Assembly (NCBI GenBank): GCA_013265495.1
Contig: MU057560.1
Location: forward strand, 3,284,909-3,348,908
DNA length: 64,000 bases
From: Vicugna vicugna
Lineage: Eukaryota
Direction of reading: 5' to 3'
The translations under genes and the position numbers were made by a program. The notes under the pieces are model-generated. The model saw nothing but the letters and a program-made list of their open reading frames with translations, had not been told where the DNA came from and did no database searches. Shown in pieces: positions 41,150 through 51,665 of this stretch; the stretch's first letter is position 1, and each line of letters starts with the position of its first letter.

Positions 41150-42200
41150 AGTTTCGAGCATTAGCGATCTCCAAACGCGGTACGCTGGAGCTCAGACGCC
41201 AGGCTCGTTGGAGCGGGAAGGGGCGCGTCTCCGCTGCGCGGCGGGGAAGCCGGCGCGCCGGGGCCGCAAACCCGCCCACGCGGCGGCCTGCGAGTCCTGC
41301 TCCTCGGTTCGCGCCGCCAGGTGCAGCAGGGGCTCGCGGATGCTCGCGGATGCTCCCGGTGCAGCAGGGGCTCGCGGATGCTCGCGGATGCTCCCGGTGC
41401 AGCAGGGGCTCGCGGATGCTCGCGGATGCTCGCAGATGCTCCCGGATGCTCGCGGATGCTCCCTGGGCAGCGGTGGCTCGCCGATGCGGACGGTGAGCCC
41501 TGCCGCTGCAGGCGAGCCGCGCGGTCCGAGAGGCAGGTGCTCCCTCCCGCAGCCCACGACGAGCAGCCTGGCCGCCCGCCTTGGGCGCCGCGTCGCCGTC
41601 GCACTCGTCTGCTTTGCTTTCTCCGCTGCGTTTTGTTGGCCGGTAAGTCGCTCCTCTCACTCCTTTCATCAGATTCTACCACGCCGGCCAGAGTGCCTCG
41701 TTTTCACGTCGCCCTCCTCCAGCGGCTTGTTAGGTGAGGCCAGAGCACCAATAAAACCTGAAAGATCGCCTTCAAGTCCATCCTTTAGAAAACGGCAAGT
41801 GACACCAGCTGGCTGACCAGCTGCGTCAGCACTCACACTGCTTTCCCCACGTTACAAACAGCGAAAGGACCAAGTGGAGAAAATGTGAGGACGAGAAGTG
41901 GAAACGAGTTCCGGGAGAGGGACGCGCTGCTGACCCAGAGGCCCCACCCCACCCCGGGGAGGCCGCGGCTCAGCGCAGGTGGACGGGCCCTGGGCTCCGG
42001 GCGGGGAGGCCTCCGGGCGCGGCTTCGCGCAGGGAGGGCTTCGGGCCCAGGGCGCCCCCGGGACGCGCGGGTGCCCCACGCGGAGCCTCCGTCCCGGGGC
42101 CGCGCTGCGGCCTAGGGGCCCCAGTTGCCTCTGCAGAAGGTGTTCACGCGTCCTGCATGTTCACGGGGGGAGACACGCGTTTCAAAAACTCCAGCCACGT
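41150..42200. promoter_or_regulatory. Orphan CpG island 7-8 kb upstream of TMEM18
   Basis: Very CpG-dense against AT-richer flanks; contains a VNTR and a CG|GTAAGT donor at 41643. Confidence 0.7.
41321..41463 (+). repeat. Composite minisatellite: 38-bp unit containing a 10-bp GATGCTCGCG subunit
   Basis: GTGCAGCAGGGGCTCGCGGATGCTCGCGGATGCTCCCG occurs twice perfectly, then a third copy expanded by extra 10-mers. Confidence 0.92.
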
Positions 42201-42764
42201 CTTTTCTCACAGACACAGTAAAATCGGATCCACCACGGCTGCTTCCCTCTTTGACGAGCTGTTTTGCTCTGACTAGTTCTCAGTGTCTTAAAGCATCTCA
42301 TTCCAGTTCAAACTGTCTGTGTTGACAGAAAACCATGCTTTACCTGAAAGTCAGCTCAAGCGTGTCGTCTGCAGCCCAACTCTGACCCATGTCACCTTGA
42401 TGAGTGCTCAAATCTCGCGGCTGGGCCCTGCCTACAAAGTCACAATTTCGCCATCAAAAAATCTTCAGTTTTCTATGTGATTTTCAGGATGACTCGTGAA
42501 TCCCTATAGAAAATTTCAAACCTGCAATCACTGAAGTTGAGGGGGTGCTTGGACTTCTGTGCAAGAAAGGGAACTTCTAGGTTATTTTCTTGCCTCTCCC
42601 TTTGAAACTCTGCCTCTTGTTTTCCTCTGATACAGACACACTCATGGGGGGATGGAGGGAACCTCTGAAGGCTGTCTGAGGACGCTTCTTCAGGAGAGAC
42701 CCCACGTCCACTAAGCCTTTCACCCAGGGCTGGCCCCACCGACCCTGCAGAAGGTCACTGACCA

Positions 42765-42786
42765 CACACACACACACACACACATC
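42765..42786. repeat. (CA)n microsatellite
   Basis: Perfect CA run. Confidence 0.85.
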
Positions 42787-43059
42787 TGCATGAAGGACAG
42801 AGAGAGAGACCCAGAGATACTTCAGGGGAGAGTTTGTTTAAAAATGTCTGCATTTTGAACTGCAAGATCATGATCTATGCTCAGCTTTCAGCGATGGAGG
42901 TGCCCTGAGACGTGCTCTGTCCCTAAACACATTTGGATGCTTCTCTTCACATTTGAAGCAAACGTGCAAAAGCCCCGCGTGTCTTCAGCGCCAAAGTGAA
43001 GCAGTGAGCAGGTGACAGAGACTGCTGGGGAGGAGTGTGTGGCTTCGCAGCACCGTGTG

Positions 43060-43372
43060 GAGCTGGACTGCATGGCCCTGGGGCCAACTCTGACCCGAGC
43101 ACCGTGTGGGCCAGTGAGCAGAGCTGAACACTGAGCTCCCTGACCTCAGTTCTCATACCTTCAATAAAGACAGACTCATGCCTGTTTCACAGGATTTCAT
43201 TTACTTCCTGGCATCCTCATCACTTATGTGCTATTTTCAATCCTCATTTTCTAGATGGAAAAACTGAAGCTTAGGGTGGTAAATTTACTAATCCAAAGAT
43301 GTGCAATTAACAAGAGAAACTCAGCGCTCAAACCACGTGGATGTGAGAACCCAGCACCCCTGCTCTTAACCT
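43060..43372. mobile_element. MIR SINE fragments (two pieces)
   Basis: ctgacctcagttctcatacct and cctcattttctagatggaaaaactgaagcttagggtggtaaatttactaatccaaag...gctcttaacc MIR core motifs. Confidence 0.7.
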
Positions 43373-46300
43373 CAGAATGTTAGCTTGTAATAAAACACAT
43401 AAAACTGTAAAGCTGGATGACAGCTAAACTTGGTAACATAAATAGGTGTTGAAACCAGTTTATAGCAACACACAGAACGTGCTAATGAAGTTCTCCAAAG
43501 ACCTCCCTCAGCACCAAACTTCACCTCTCGTTCTTCAAAGCCTGGTTCTTTAAAAACATAAATGGTTATCTTTATTTTTATTAAGAATCCACCTTATGGT
43601 CACAGATGCAGTGTCTGAAAGAACGCTTTCTGCTGGGACCAGTGAGATTAGCCCTGTTCTCATCTGAAATCTCTATTCCAGTGCATCTGAACTGGCTCTG
43701 GAAGTCAGTCCTCTGTCATTTACAGAGACAGTTTCCCCATACATCTGAAACCACAACCAAAAATTCTCAGTGCCTCGACAATTTCTATCTCAGTCCCTGT
43801 GGGGCAGCTGGTTAAGACAGCGTTTATGCTGATGCTTGTTTAATCCGAGGCCACATTTGCTGTGGCCTCATCCTGAGCCCCTGCGGGTCAGCACAGGCGG
43901 CAGGGGTGAGCGGGTGGAGGGCAGTGAACACACAAGATGTGAGTCCGTCAGAAAGACCAAACCCAACACAGAACAGAATCACTGCAAGCCCGCACCGAAA
44001 CGCGATGGGAGGAGAGGCAACCCAAGGGCGACAGGCACGGGAGTGGCCCCGGCCACCCGCTCCAGCCACCCTCGTCTGATACCGCACAGCTGGAGCGCAG
44101 ACCCCACACTCTGTCACGTATGTGTTTCTCTCCATCCCAACGCGCAGGTGCTTCAGAGCGTTTCAGGCTCTCTACATGCCACAACGTATGTTAGTCGTTC
44201 TTGGGTATTTAGATTACTTCCAATTTTTTTTGTAATTATTTATTCTAAATAAACAGTTGATCAGTTGTCACCTTTGTTCAGCAATCTTAGTGTGCATGCT
44301 TATTCTTCTAGTGAAATTCTTAGAAGTGAAACTTCTGGGTAAATGGTAGGAACTATGTTAAAGCTTTTTTAATGCATTTAAAATGTCCTCTGTTTAAATT
44401 TTGTTCTAATTTCTGCTCTGGAACGATAACCCCTGCAGCCTTCTGAAGACGGAGATGCTGTTCATCTCTATCCCTCTCGGGTCTCCCTCCTCTCCGTTTC
44501 CACAAGCTCTGTGCTGGTCGTCCCCCTCTGAGTGTCAAATATCACACTTGGTGTCACTTACTCAGTCCATCCAGGCTGGTGTCAGTGACGCCCCCTCTTT
44601 CCCCACTAGGCTCATATTTGATATCCAGCCACAGGAACAGTGTCCCCAGCTGTCACACCTCCTCCTCCCCCAGTTGTGCTCCACATGTCGCCATGAGAAA
44701 GCACCCTTGTGCAGACACCCCGTGAAGTAACCAGCGTGACTGTATCTCAGTCATGCTTTAAAATGAGATTCCTTTCATACTTAATCATTTTTTAATGAAT
44801 GGGGCTGAAAATCTAATCTCATCTATGACTGACTAGTCAATACACATATTTTTCAAGCAAACACCTAACTTTTCTTATGAGAAACTATTTTGGCAAAAGT
44901 CCAGCAGCTCTCACATTCAGTTACTTTTTCTAGGAAATAGTGCTACTTGCATACAAGCAGAAATTATTCCCGCAATACACCCCTGGAACCACCACCGGTT
45001 ACAGGTCCCCAGACCCTAAGCCGCAGGAGGCGCCAGGTCGGGACCTGAGGCGCTCTGCTCCTCTCCGTGGCCGCAGCAATGAACAGGTCCACCAGGTGAC
45101 CACAGCGGTGTTTCCACATCTATTTTAGTGCAGGTGCAGGCTGTCCTCGGGCAGACAGCCGCCATGGACGCAGTGCTGGCGGGACGTGGAGGGGACACCT
45201 TTGCTGTCCTTTACTTAAAGACTGGGTTTTGAAAGTAAAGTTTTCTCTCCTGGCTTGAAAAAGACAAACAAATGTCACCCGAGGAGGTTCAAGAAGAAAC
45301 CTGGGGTTTTGAGAACACACGTTAGTCTCATGACCCTGGATAACAGTGCGCATTTCTGAATAAATATAGAAAGTTTGGTTTAAAGAGTCTTAAGGCGGCG
45401 TCTGTGTTCAGCTACTACTGTCTGTGCAGGAGCCCCAGGACTGCCTAACACGGGCCAAGGGAACTGCAAAGACAGGCCGACAGTTCCCACGACCCCTGTA
45501 CCCGAGGGACGCGCAGGTGGGTCTCCGTGCGGAAAAGAAAGCGGGGTTTCCGAGCTGAGACGCATCAGTTCTGGGCTGGATTCACACCACAGAATTCAAG
45601 GCAGCAGCATTTGCCACCACAAGAGAGGACAGTGCCAGGTACACAGGAGGGAGGAGGGGCCAGGTGACCCCGAGCCTGAACGTGATGGTGGAGTCAAGAG
45701 ACGCAGTGGAATTAAACCAGAGCCTGCACGAACGTGACGCTGCGGAAGTTCAGTCCTCTGTCTACAGTGCCCTCCGTCCTCCGGTCGGCGCCCACATCCT
45801 CAGGTGGCCCTGGAATGCTGACTCAGCCTCCCCCGCCCCGGACCGTAAGGTGGGGAAGTTCTGCGGTGTCGCCCACCTGGCCCGCGGTGCTGTGTCCCAG
45901 CAGCCCAAGCAGAACGTCATGCAGAACATCACTGGCAGCTCTCATGGAAGGACTAAGGTGCTCCCTGTGAAGCCTGGGTCAACCTCCCTGAACGCCGCGG
46001 GACACCGACCCCCATAGACTAATCACCACATACCACGTTGTGATCTCACACCAATGAGAAGGGTGCAACCTTCAGGGAATCCTGCCACCTCCATCCTGAC
46101 GCACGTGCACACAAGTCTCTGAACACCCGTCTTCCATCAGAGCACGGAGGCCCCCACACTCAGTGAATCCCAGACGCTCTTCTGCATGTCAGAGCCCAGA
46201 AACGATCGCCTGCTGATTCTGCTGGAAGTCACGGCAGGCTTCTGAAGGCTGTGTGGTTCAGGGTGTTGGGCCTTGTTTTGTCTGTGGCCCCAGGACAGTA

Positions 46301-46512
46301 GCAGGTGCCTCTACATGAATAAGGTGAGAGAGTGTCTTCCAAACACCTTTGGCCCATTAACTGGGTAAGAATGAGCCAAGGCTTGCTTGAAGTACAGGTG
46401 ATTTTGTTGTATTTAACAATTGCATTTAAAATTAGATCTTAGTTGTCTCCAGTATCTTAAAAAGAAATAATCTTGGCCCAGATGCCTTCTCTAGGTCCTG
46501 AGCTGTTCAGGA

Positions 46513-46534
46513 AACCCTAACCCTAACCCTAACC
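46513..46534 (-). repeat. Short perfect telomeric tract (about 3.5 CCCTAA units)
   Basis: aaccctaaccctaaccctaacc. Confidence 0.8.
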
Positions 46535-46866
46535 AAAAGGTATGTTCCAGTCCCAGCCCCTGGGAGTGGGACCCTACTGGAAACAGGCTCTTTGCAGGTG
46601 TGATCAAGTTAGGATGAGGCTCCACTGGGGGACATGGACCCGGGTCCAGTGGCCGATGCCCCGATGAGAACAGAAGACAGAGGCACGTGTACATAGAGGG
46701 TTTGTCTCCACCTGAAGCTGGAAGACATAGGAATGGCCTCCGTGCCTCCTTCAGAGGGAGCCCAGCCCTGCTGCCCTCACGACTTTCCAGCCTCCAGGCT
46801 GAGGGCAAATAACCCCTGCTGTCTCCAGCCCGCAGTCTGGTGGTCCGTCAGGATGGCCCTGAAACA
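46535..46866 (+). mobile_element. ERVL-MaLR LTR (MLT1-like), 5' end missing
   Basis: ggaaacaggctctttgcaggtgtgatcaagttaggatgagg...ccagcctccag...aaataacccctgctgt...agtctggtgg...gccctgaaaca. Confidence 0.8.
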
Positions 46867-48410
46867 ATGCAGTGCTGCCTGCCTGCGAGTTTAGGCCCCA
46901 GGAAAGTGCCTCCAGAGGCCCCCACATCCCTGCTCAGTCAAGGCAGCTGGGGGTGGGGAGGTGGGACTCGTGTGCTGCTGAATGGTCCAGGGTTTCCAGA
47001 GTTCACTCCTTGGCCCTCCCTGCAGAACCATGTGGGCACCATCATCTGCTGGACCAGAAACCCCTTCACAGCTGGAGTTGCCCTGCAAAGGCCAAAACGA
47101 ATGGCTTCCCATGGTGCTGCTAAGACGTGTGTACAATCGAGCTCTCGTTGAGCGTGCATCTCTGACAGCATCGACCCCAGTCCCTGCCTCTGTGGGACCT
47201 ACATCAGTGCCACGTGCAGAGGCCAAAACCTGCCTGGCTGAGCCCAGGTCTGCAAACCACCACAGTTGAAGCACCTGCCTACCCAGCTCGGAGCCCACGC
47301 CCAGCCTGAGTCCACCGTTGGCCCCAAGCCACAGCTTGGCAGCCCCTGAAAGGCACAATGGTGACACATGATTTAAATCCCCAAGTTTCATTTAAAAACT
47401 TGTTAATATGTCTAGGCAATGCACAAAATGCTGTGAGTTTGAGAAAGAACAATTAAAAGTATACACATTTCCCACGTCTGAGACAGAAGCAAAAATCAAC
47501 GGAACTAGCACGTAGTGACGCGCCCTGTAATCCACGAGTTACAAACTCCTCCCGGAGCACTGAGGTCGGGAGGTACTAACAGAATACTGAAAATATTAAG
47601 TGAAGATGAGATATTACTTTGTTCGATTTTATTTGTAAGGTTTTTATTATCCCTAATTATGGGTTTTTCCACCAGCAAATTTTTAAATGACTATAATTTT
47701 GTAAAGGCAAACTATGAAAAAGAGTCAGAAATAACAGATCTGGCTATTCTACGATACTCAGAGGGAAAGTATTTCTCTACCCAAAATTAAATGGTGTAAA
47801 CTAAAACCTCTCAACTATGTATGTATGAAAATGCATTTGTTGCTAACAGCTTCACCTAATTTACGTTTCTAAAGCTGGCTGTGCCTGTGCTGTAGAGGCC
47901 TGTGGGATACTGACAGAGCCGGCCCCCAGGAGGGGTGGGTGGGTGGGGGTGATGGGTAGAGTTCCCTGAAAGACACCCCTGGAGGCTGGACTGGCAGACT
48001 TGCCAATTCACCGCATGCGGAGTTTCAGCAACGCTCCTCAGGACAAGAAAGCCCATGCAGGCTGGCTGCCGTGTTTGGGTTCAGTTCTGGCGATGCTGCC
48101 GTCCAGGGAGGCCACCGGCCAAGAACCCACTTTCTCCCTCCCCTGCCCCCGAGCAGGTGCCGAGTCCCCTCAAGTTGGCGAGGGGCTCTGGTCCTTTCCC
48201 CACACCCTCCCCCAGCCCCACCCAGAGAACAGGGACCACCTTCTCTTCCCGGGCTCTCAAGGGCCTGTGAGCAAACGCTTCCCCATTGGCCTGCGATTCC
48301 CGGTGGGATGCCCTGTGCTTATTCCACTAAACCTCAGTGCCTTGAATCAACCCTCTGGGAGAGAATTCAGGATTCCCTGATTTGTGTGAAAATCAGTAAA
48401 AGGACCCTCA

Positions 48411-48812
48411 TGTAAGACGGAGGTGGAAGGGGGCGCCCTCAGGCAGGTGCCACCCGGCTCCTCTGCAGACCCAACAGGAGCAAGGTCTCTACTCAGGGAA
48501 AACAGAGAAGGGAAGATTTTTCTCCCCGCCCGGCAACAGCCCAGCCAATAACAGACCGTCACCCCTCAGCCAATAAGAAACCCCCAGTGCTCAGCCAACA
48601 GGAACCCCTCACCACCCCGCACTCTCGCTTTCTTCCAATGGACTTTACTTCAAAGCAGCCCTTCCCTCTTCCGCCTTTTTCTCTCTAAAATAACACATTC
48701 CTCTCCTTTGTTTGCCCAACTTAGATTACATGTCCCCAACTGCAATTCCTTTCTATTCCCAAAGAAAGCCATTTTGCTGATAAAATAACAAGCTGTTTTA
48801 TTTTAAGGTTAG
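48411..48812 (+). mobile_element. Probable ERV1-type solo LTR upstream of the TMEM18 promoter
   Basis: Begins TGTAAG; U3-like repeated CAGCCAAT boxes; ends ttttattttaaggttaga, like many ERV1 LTR U5 ends; flanks ctca/gtca may be a decayed 4-bp TSD. Confidence 0.6.
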
Positions 48813-49412
48813 AGTCAGCTAGAGGCAATCAGCACCCACTGTTAGAGCTGAGGGCAGAGGGAGTTCTGGAAACCCTGGCTTCTGGGGGACTGTCCCCTCG
48901 GTCCCTCTGCAGCCCCTGGGGTCGAGGTCACGGTCCCCTGTATTCTAAGAATCCAGAGCACTGCCTCCTCTGTCCCGCCGGGGTCCAGGTCACCCCCCCC
49001 TTTTGTCCCTCAGAGTCCAGCTCACTGTCCCCTGTGTCCCCGGGGTCTAGGTCACTCCCTCCTGTCCTCCGGGATCCGGGTCTCTCACCTGGGCGATGCC
49101 CCGCATCCCCAGCCGCAGTGGAAGAACTGAAGACGCCACGGCGCCGCGGCTCGGTGGGAAAGACAATCCTAAAGCCTGCTTGTAACCGCCTTATATTTAC
49201 TTTAACGCCACGGACTAACGCGAGATTTGGGCAAGGTCCCGGGGACTGGAGATGTCGCGAGATTGCAGGGTGCATCGCTCCCGCTTCCGGACACAGCAGG
49301 CCTCGCGAGAAACGGAGATTTCGCGAGAGGACGCCAGAGGCCTTCTTTGTCCTATCCGGGAGGGGCGGGGAAGACAAAAAGGTGGTGTTGAGGCTCGGCC
49401 TTTCCAGGGACG

Positions 49413-49469
49413 ATGCCGTCCGCATTCTCAGTCAGCTCGTTCCCCGTCAGCATCCCCGCCGTGATCACG
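49413..49469 (+). CDS. TMEM18: Transmembrane protein 18, coding exon 1 (MPSAFSVSSFPVSIPAVIT)
   Basis: ATG at 49413 with A at -3; translation matches the recalled mammalian TMEM18 N-terminus; ACG|GTAACT donor at 49470, phase 0; lies in a CpG island. Confidence 0.97.
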
Positions 49470-49574
49470 GTAACTCGCAGCCTCATTGGCCGCCAGTTCG
49501 GCCGCTGGCGGTTGGGGTTGCTCCCACTTCCCGGCGTCCGCCATGAACGGACGGGGCTTGGGGGGGTAGGGGGC

Positions 49575-49613
49575 NNNNNNNNNNNNNNNNNNNNNNNNNN
49601 NNNNNNNNNNNNN
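49575..49613. other. Assembly gap (39 N) in G-rich TMEM18 intron 1
   Basis: N run. Confidence 1.
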
Positions 49614-50159
49614 CGGAGGCTTGCCTTGGTGGGCGGGGTGGAGAGGGTGGGGCCTGGGGCGGGGCCGGGGCGCGGGAAGGTCCGGGCAGAGCGGACCCGC
49701 GGTGGGCAGAGTGGTTGGGCGCGGGCTGCTCTTCCGGCCCCCGTCCCCCCAGGGGGGCCCTCGCCTAGGGAGGGGCCCGCGTTCTACCATGAGGACGTGT
49801 CCACCCAGGGCGGAGCAGACTCGAGTCGCAGCAGTGTCTGGAGGGCGGGGTGTGTGGCAGAACGGCCAGTAAAAAACACGTCTTGCGAACTAGGGCGGCC
49901 CGGATTTCCCGAGGCCTTAGTCCCTGGTCTGCGGAGCCGGAACCCCGGGGTAACCGAGTGCGTGCCTGACCCCGGAGTCCGCTTCCTCCTGTCCGCACGG
50001 GGGCTGGTCTTCAGGCTCTCCCGGCCTGCCGCGCGATTCCGTTCAACAGGCAGCACAGCTCTCCGCCCCGTGTGGACGCCGGACGCGGGTGCAGGGAGGG
50101 CTCCCTGCCCCCCTCCCCGTGTTCTGGGAGGCCTGACGAGTTTCTCGTGTGTCCTGCAG

Positions 50160-50280
50160 CAGACAGACTGGACGGAGCCGTGGCTCGTGGGCCTGGCCGT
50201 CTTCCACGTGCTCTGCCTGCTGCTCACGTGTTTCTCGTCCCAGAGGTACAAGCTGCAGGTCGGGCACTTCCTGTGCCTGG
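50160..50280 (+). CDS. TMEM18: TMEM18 exon 2 ([40 protein letters not shown]+G)
   Basis: Acceptor gtcctgcag| and donor G|GTGAGT; 121 nt; translation matches TMEM18 QTDWTEPWL...GHFLCL. Confidence 0.97.
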
Positions 50281-50592
50281 GTGAGTAGAATCAGCAGTCC
50301 CGTGGCTCCGATGGCTGTGTGCGTGTTTTCTCTGTAGCCTCACCACGTGATGAGATTTTTAAGACCTCCCGGCCCTCCTGTCACGTGTCCTGCTCTGGCT
50401 TCAGGGCACACCCAGGTTCCACTCTTGGGCATTATGAAGTGTGTTTCGGATCCTGGATTTGAAGGGACTCTGGAGGAGCACCTGCTGTTCCCAAGAGGGT
50501 GCTGAACACCTGTTACACAAAGAAGAGTTTGGTTTGGTGAAGCGCTCTGTACAAGGTGCTCTCCTCTGTGGGCTTCAGTGCACTGCCTGCTC

Positions 50593-51062
50593 TGTTCTGG
50601 GCATAAAATAACATGTCGCCCAAATCAGTTTTAAAGATTAAGACCTACAGGGATCCGAAGGGGAACCGAGATGGGTGGAGTCATTGAGAAAGGTTACACA
50701 GAGAAAATAAAATCATGGAAGGGGGTATAAAGAGTGATTAAAATTTCTTTTTCTTAGGTGAGATAAGGGACAGATGTCTGACCCAGGCACCCCATCAGAG
50801 CACAGGGGGTGTTGGGCAGAAAGAGTGGGTCAAGTGTCAGAGAAACCGCATTTCTGATGCAGAATAGTTGGCAGTATTCTCCCATAGGAAGGGTGGGCCA
50901 GGACCTCAGCGGCTGGACCAAGGCTGTTAATCTTGTGGACCTTGGGAAGACACTAAACTTTCGCTTGGTAGTTTAACAAAATGCAAAACCTAATCTGAAA
51001 TGTGATTTTTCATTTGACCTTGAGCAAGGTGTGAGTTCCAAACAAGAGGTTACCTTAAGACA
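50593..51062 (-). mobile_element. Possible ERV LTR in TMEM18 intron 2
   Basis: About 470-bp AT-richer block bounded by TGT...ACA; no TSD found. Confidence 0.45.
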
Positions 51063-51239
51063 GGAGCGAGGCAGTCTGCGTCACAGGAACATGTATGGTC
51101 GGGGTGGATAGCACTTCATTTCTTCATGTGAGAGCCATAGTAAGGGACGCTGGGGCTGCAGGGGTGAGCAGAGCAGATGGCGCCTGAGCCTTATGGGATA
51201 GGTGGGGCTCCGCCTCCACTGAGCAACCACAGCCCTGCT

Positions 51240-51530
51240 GAGCACCAGGGCAGGAAGGCAGGAGCACTGTGAGAGCCCGGAGGGGGCCTGCTGTGGGTCC
51301 CTGCCGGATCGTTTACACTGGGGTGGGAAGGATGGGCAGGAGCGAGTCAGGCAGCGATTGTGCAAGGGCGGAAGGGGCACTCCATGCCTGGGAACAGCAT
51401 GTGCAAAGGCCCCGAGGCAGGAAGAAAGGTGACAGCCCCTCCCAGGAGCTGAGACTGGAACAGTCTTGTGAACCTGGGAGCTCCATGTGGGTTTGTTTTC
51501 TAGGATGAAGAGGGGGGAGTTTCATGCTCG
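51240..51530 (-). mobile_element. LINE-2 fragment in TMEM18 intron 2
   Basis: gggaacagcatgtgcaaaggcccgaggcagg is a characteristic L2 motif. Confidence 0.7.
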
Positions 51531-51564
51531 GGATGATAGAGGCTGTTCTCAGTGCATGTACAGA

Positions 51565-51665
51565 CCTGATGCTCGTTTGATTCTCAGACGCATGGACGAT
51601 TTGGGCATTTTTTGCTGCAGTTTTACAGACGAGGCTCAGATCGGTTGACTAAGCCTAGGTCCTGA
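51565..51665 (-). mobile_element. MIR fragment in TMEM18 intron 2
   Basis: gttttacagacgaggctcaga.cggttgactaa...aggtc. Confidence 0.5.

Larger units (their letters stand above)
48890..50330 (+). promoter_or_regulatory. TMEM18: TMEM18 CpG-island promoter, exon 1 and intron 1
   Basis: Dense CpG; TCGCGAGA elements (49216-49328); ETS-like CCGCTTCCGG (49281-49290); GC box near 49362; no obvious TATA box near the ATG. Confidence 0.85.

Noticed and set aside
41321-41463. CRISPR-like array
   Set aside because: Head-to-tail repeats with no unique spacers, in a mammalian genome; it is a minisatellite.
49252-49464. Overlapping upstream ORF regulating TMEM18
   Set aside because: Its ATG lies among the promoter CGCG elements and probably upstream of the TSS; cannot be supported without TSS data.
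49413-50288. 291-aa ORF as a single-exon gene
   Set aside because: It is TMEM18 exon 1 + intron 1 + exon 2 read through; canonical splice sites reproduce the known protein.
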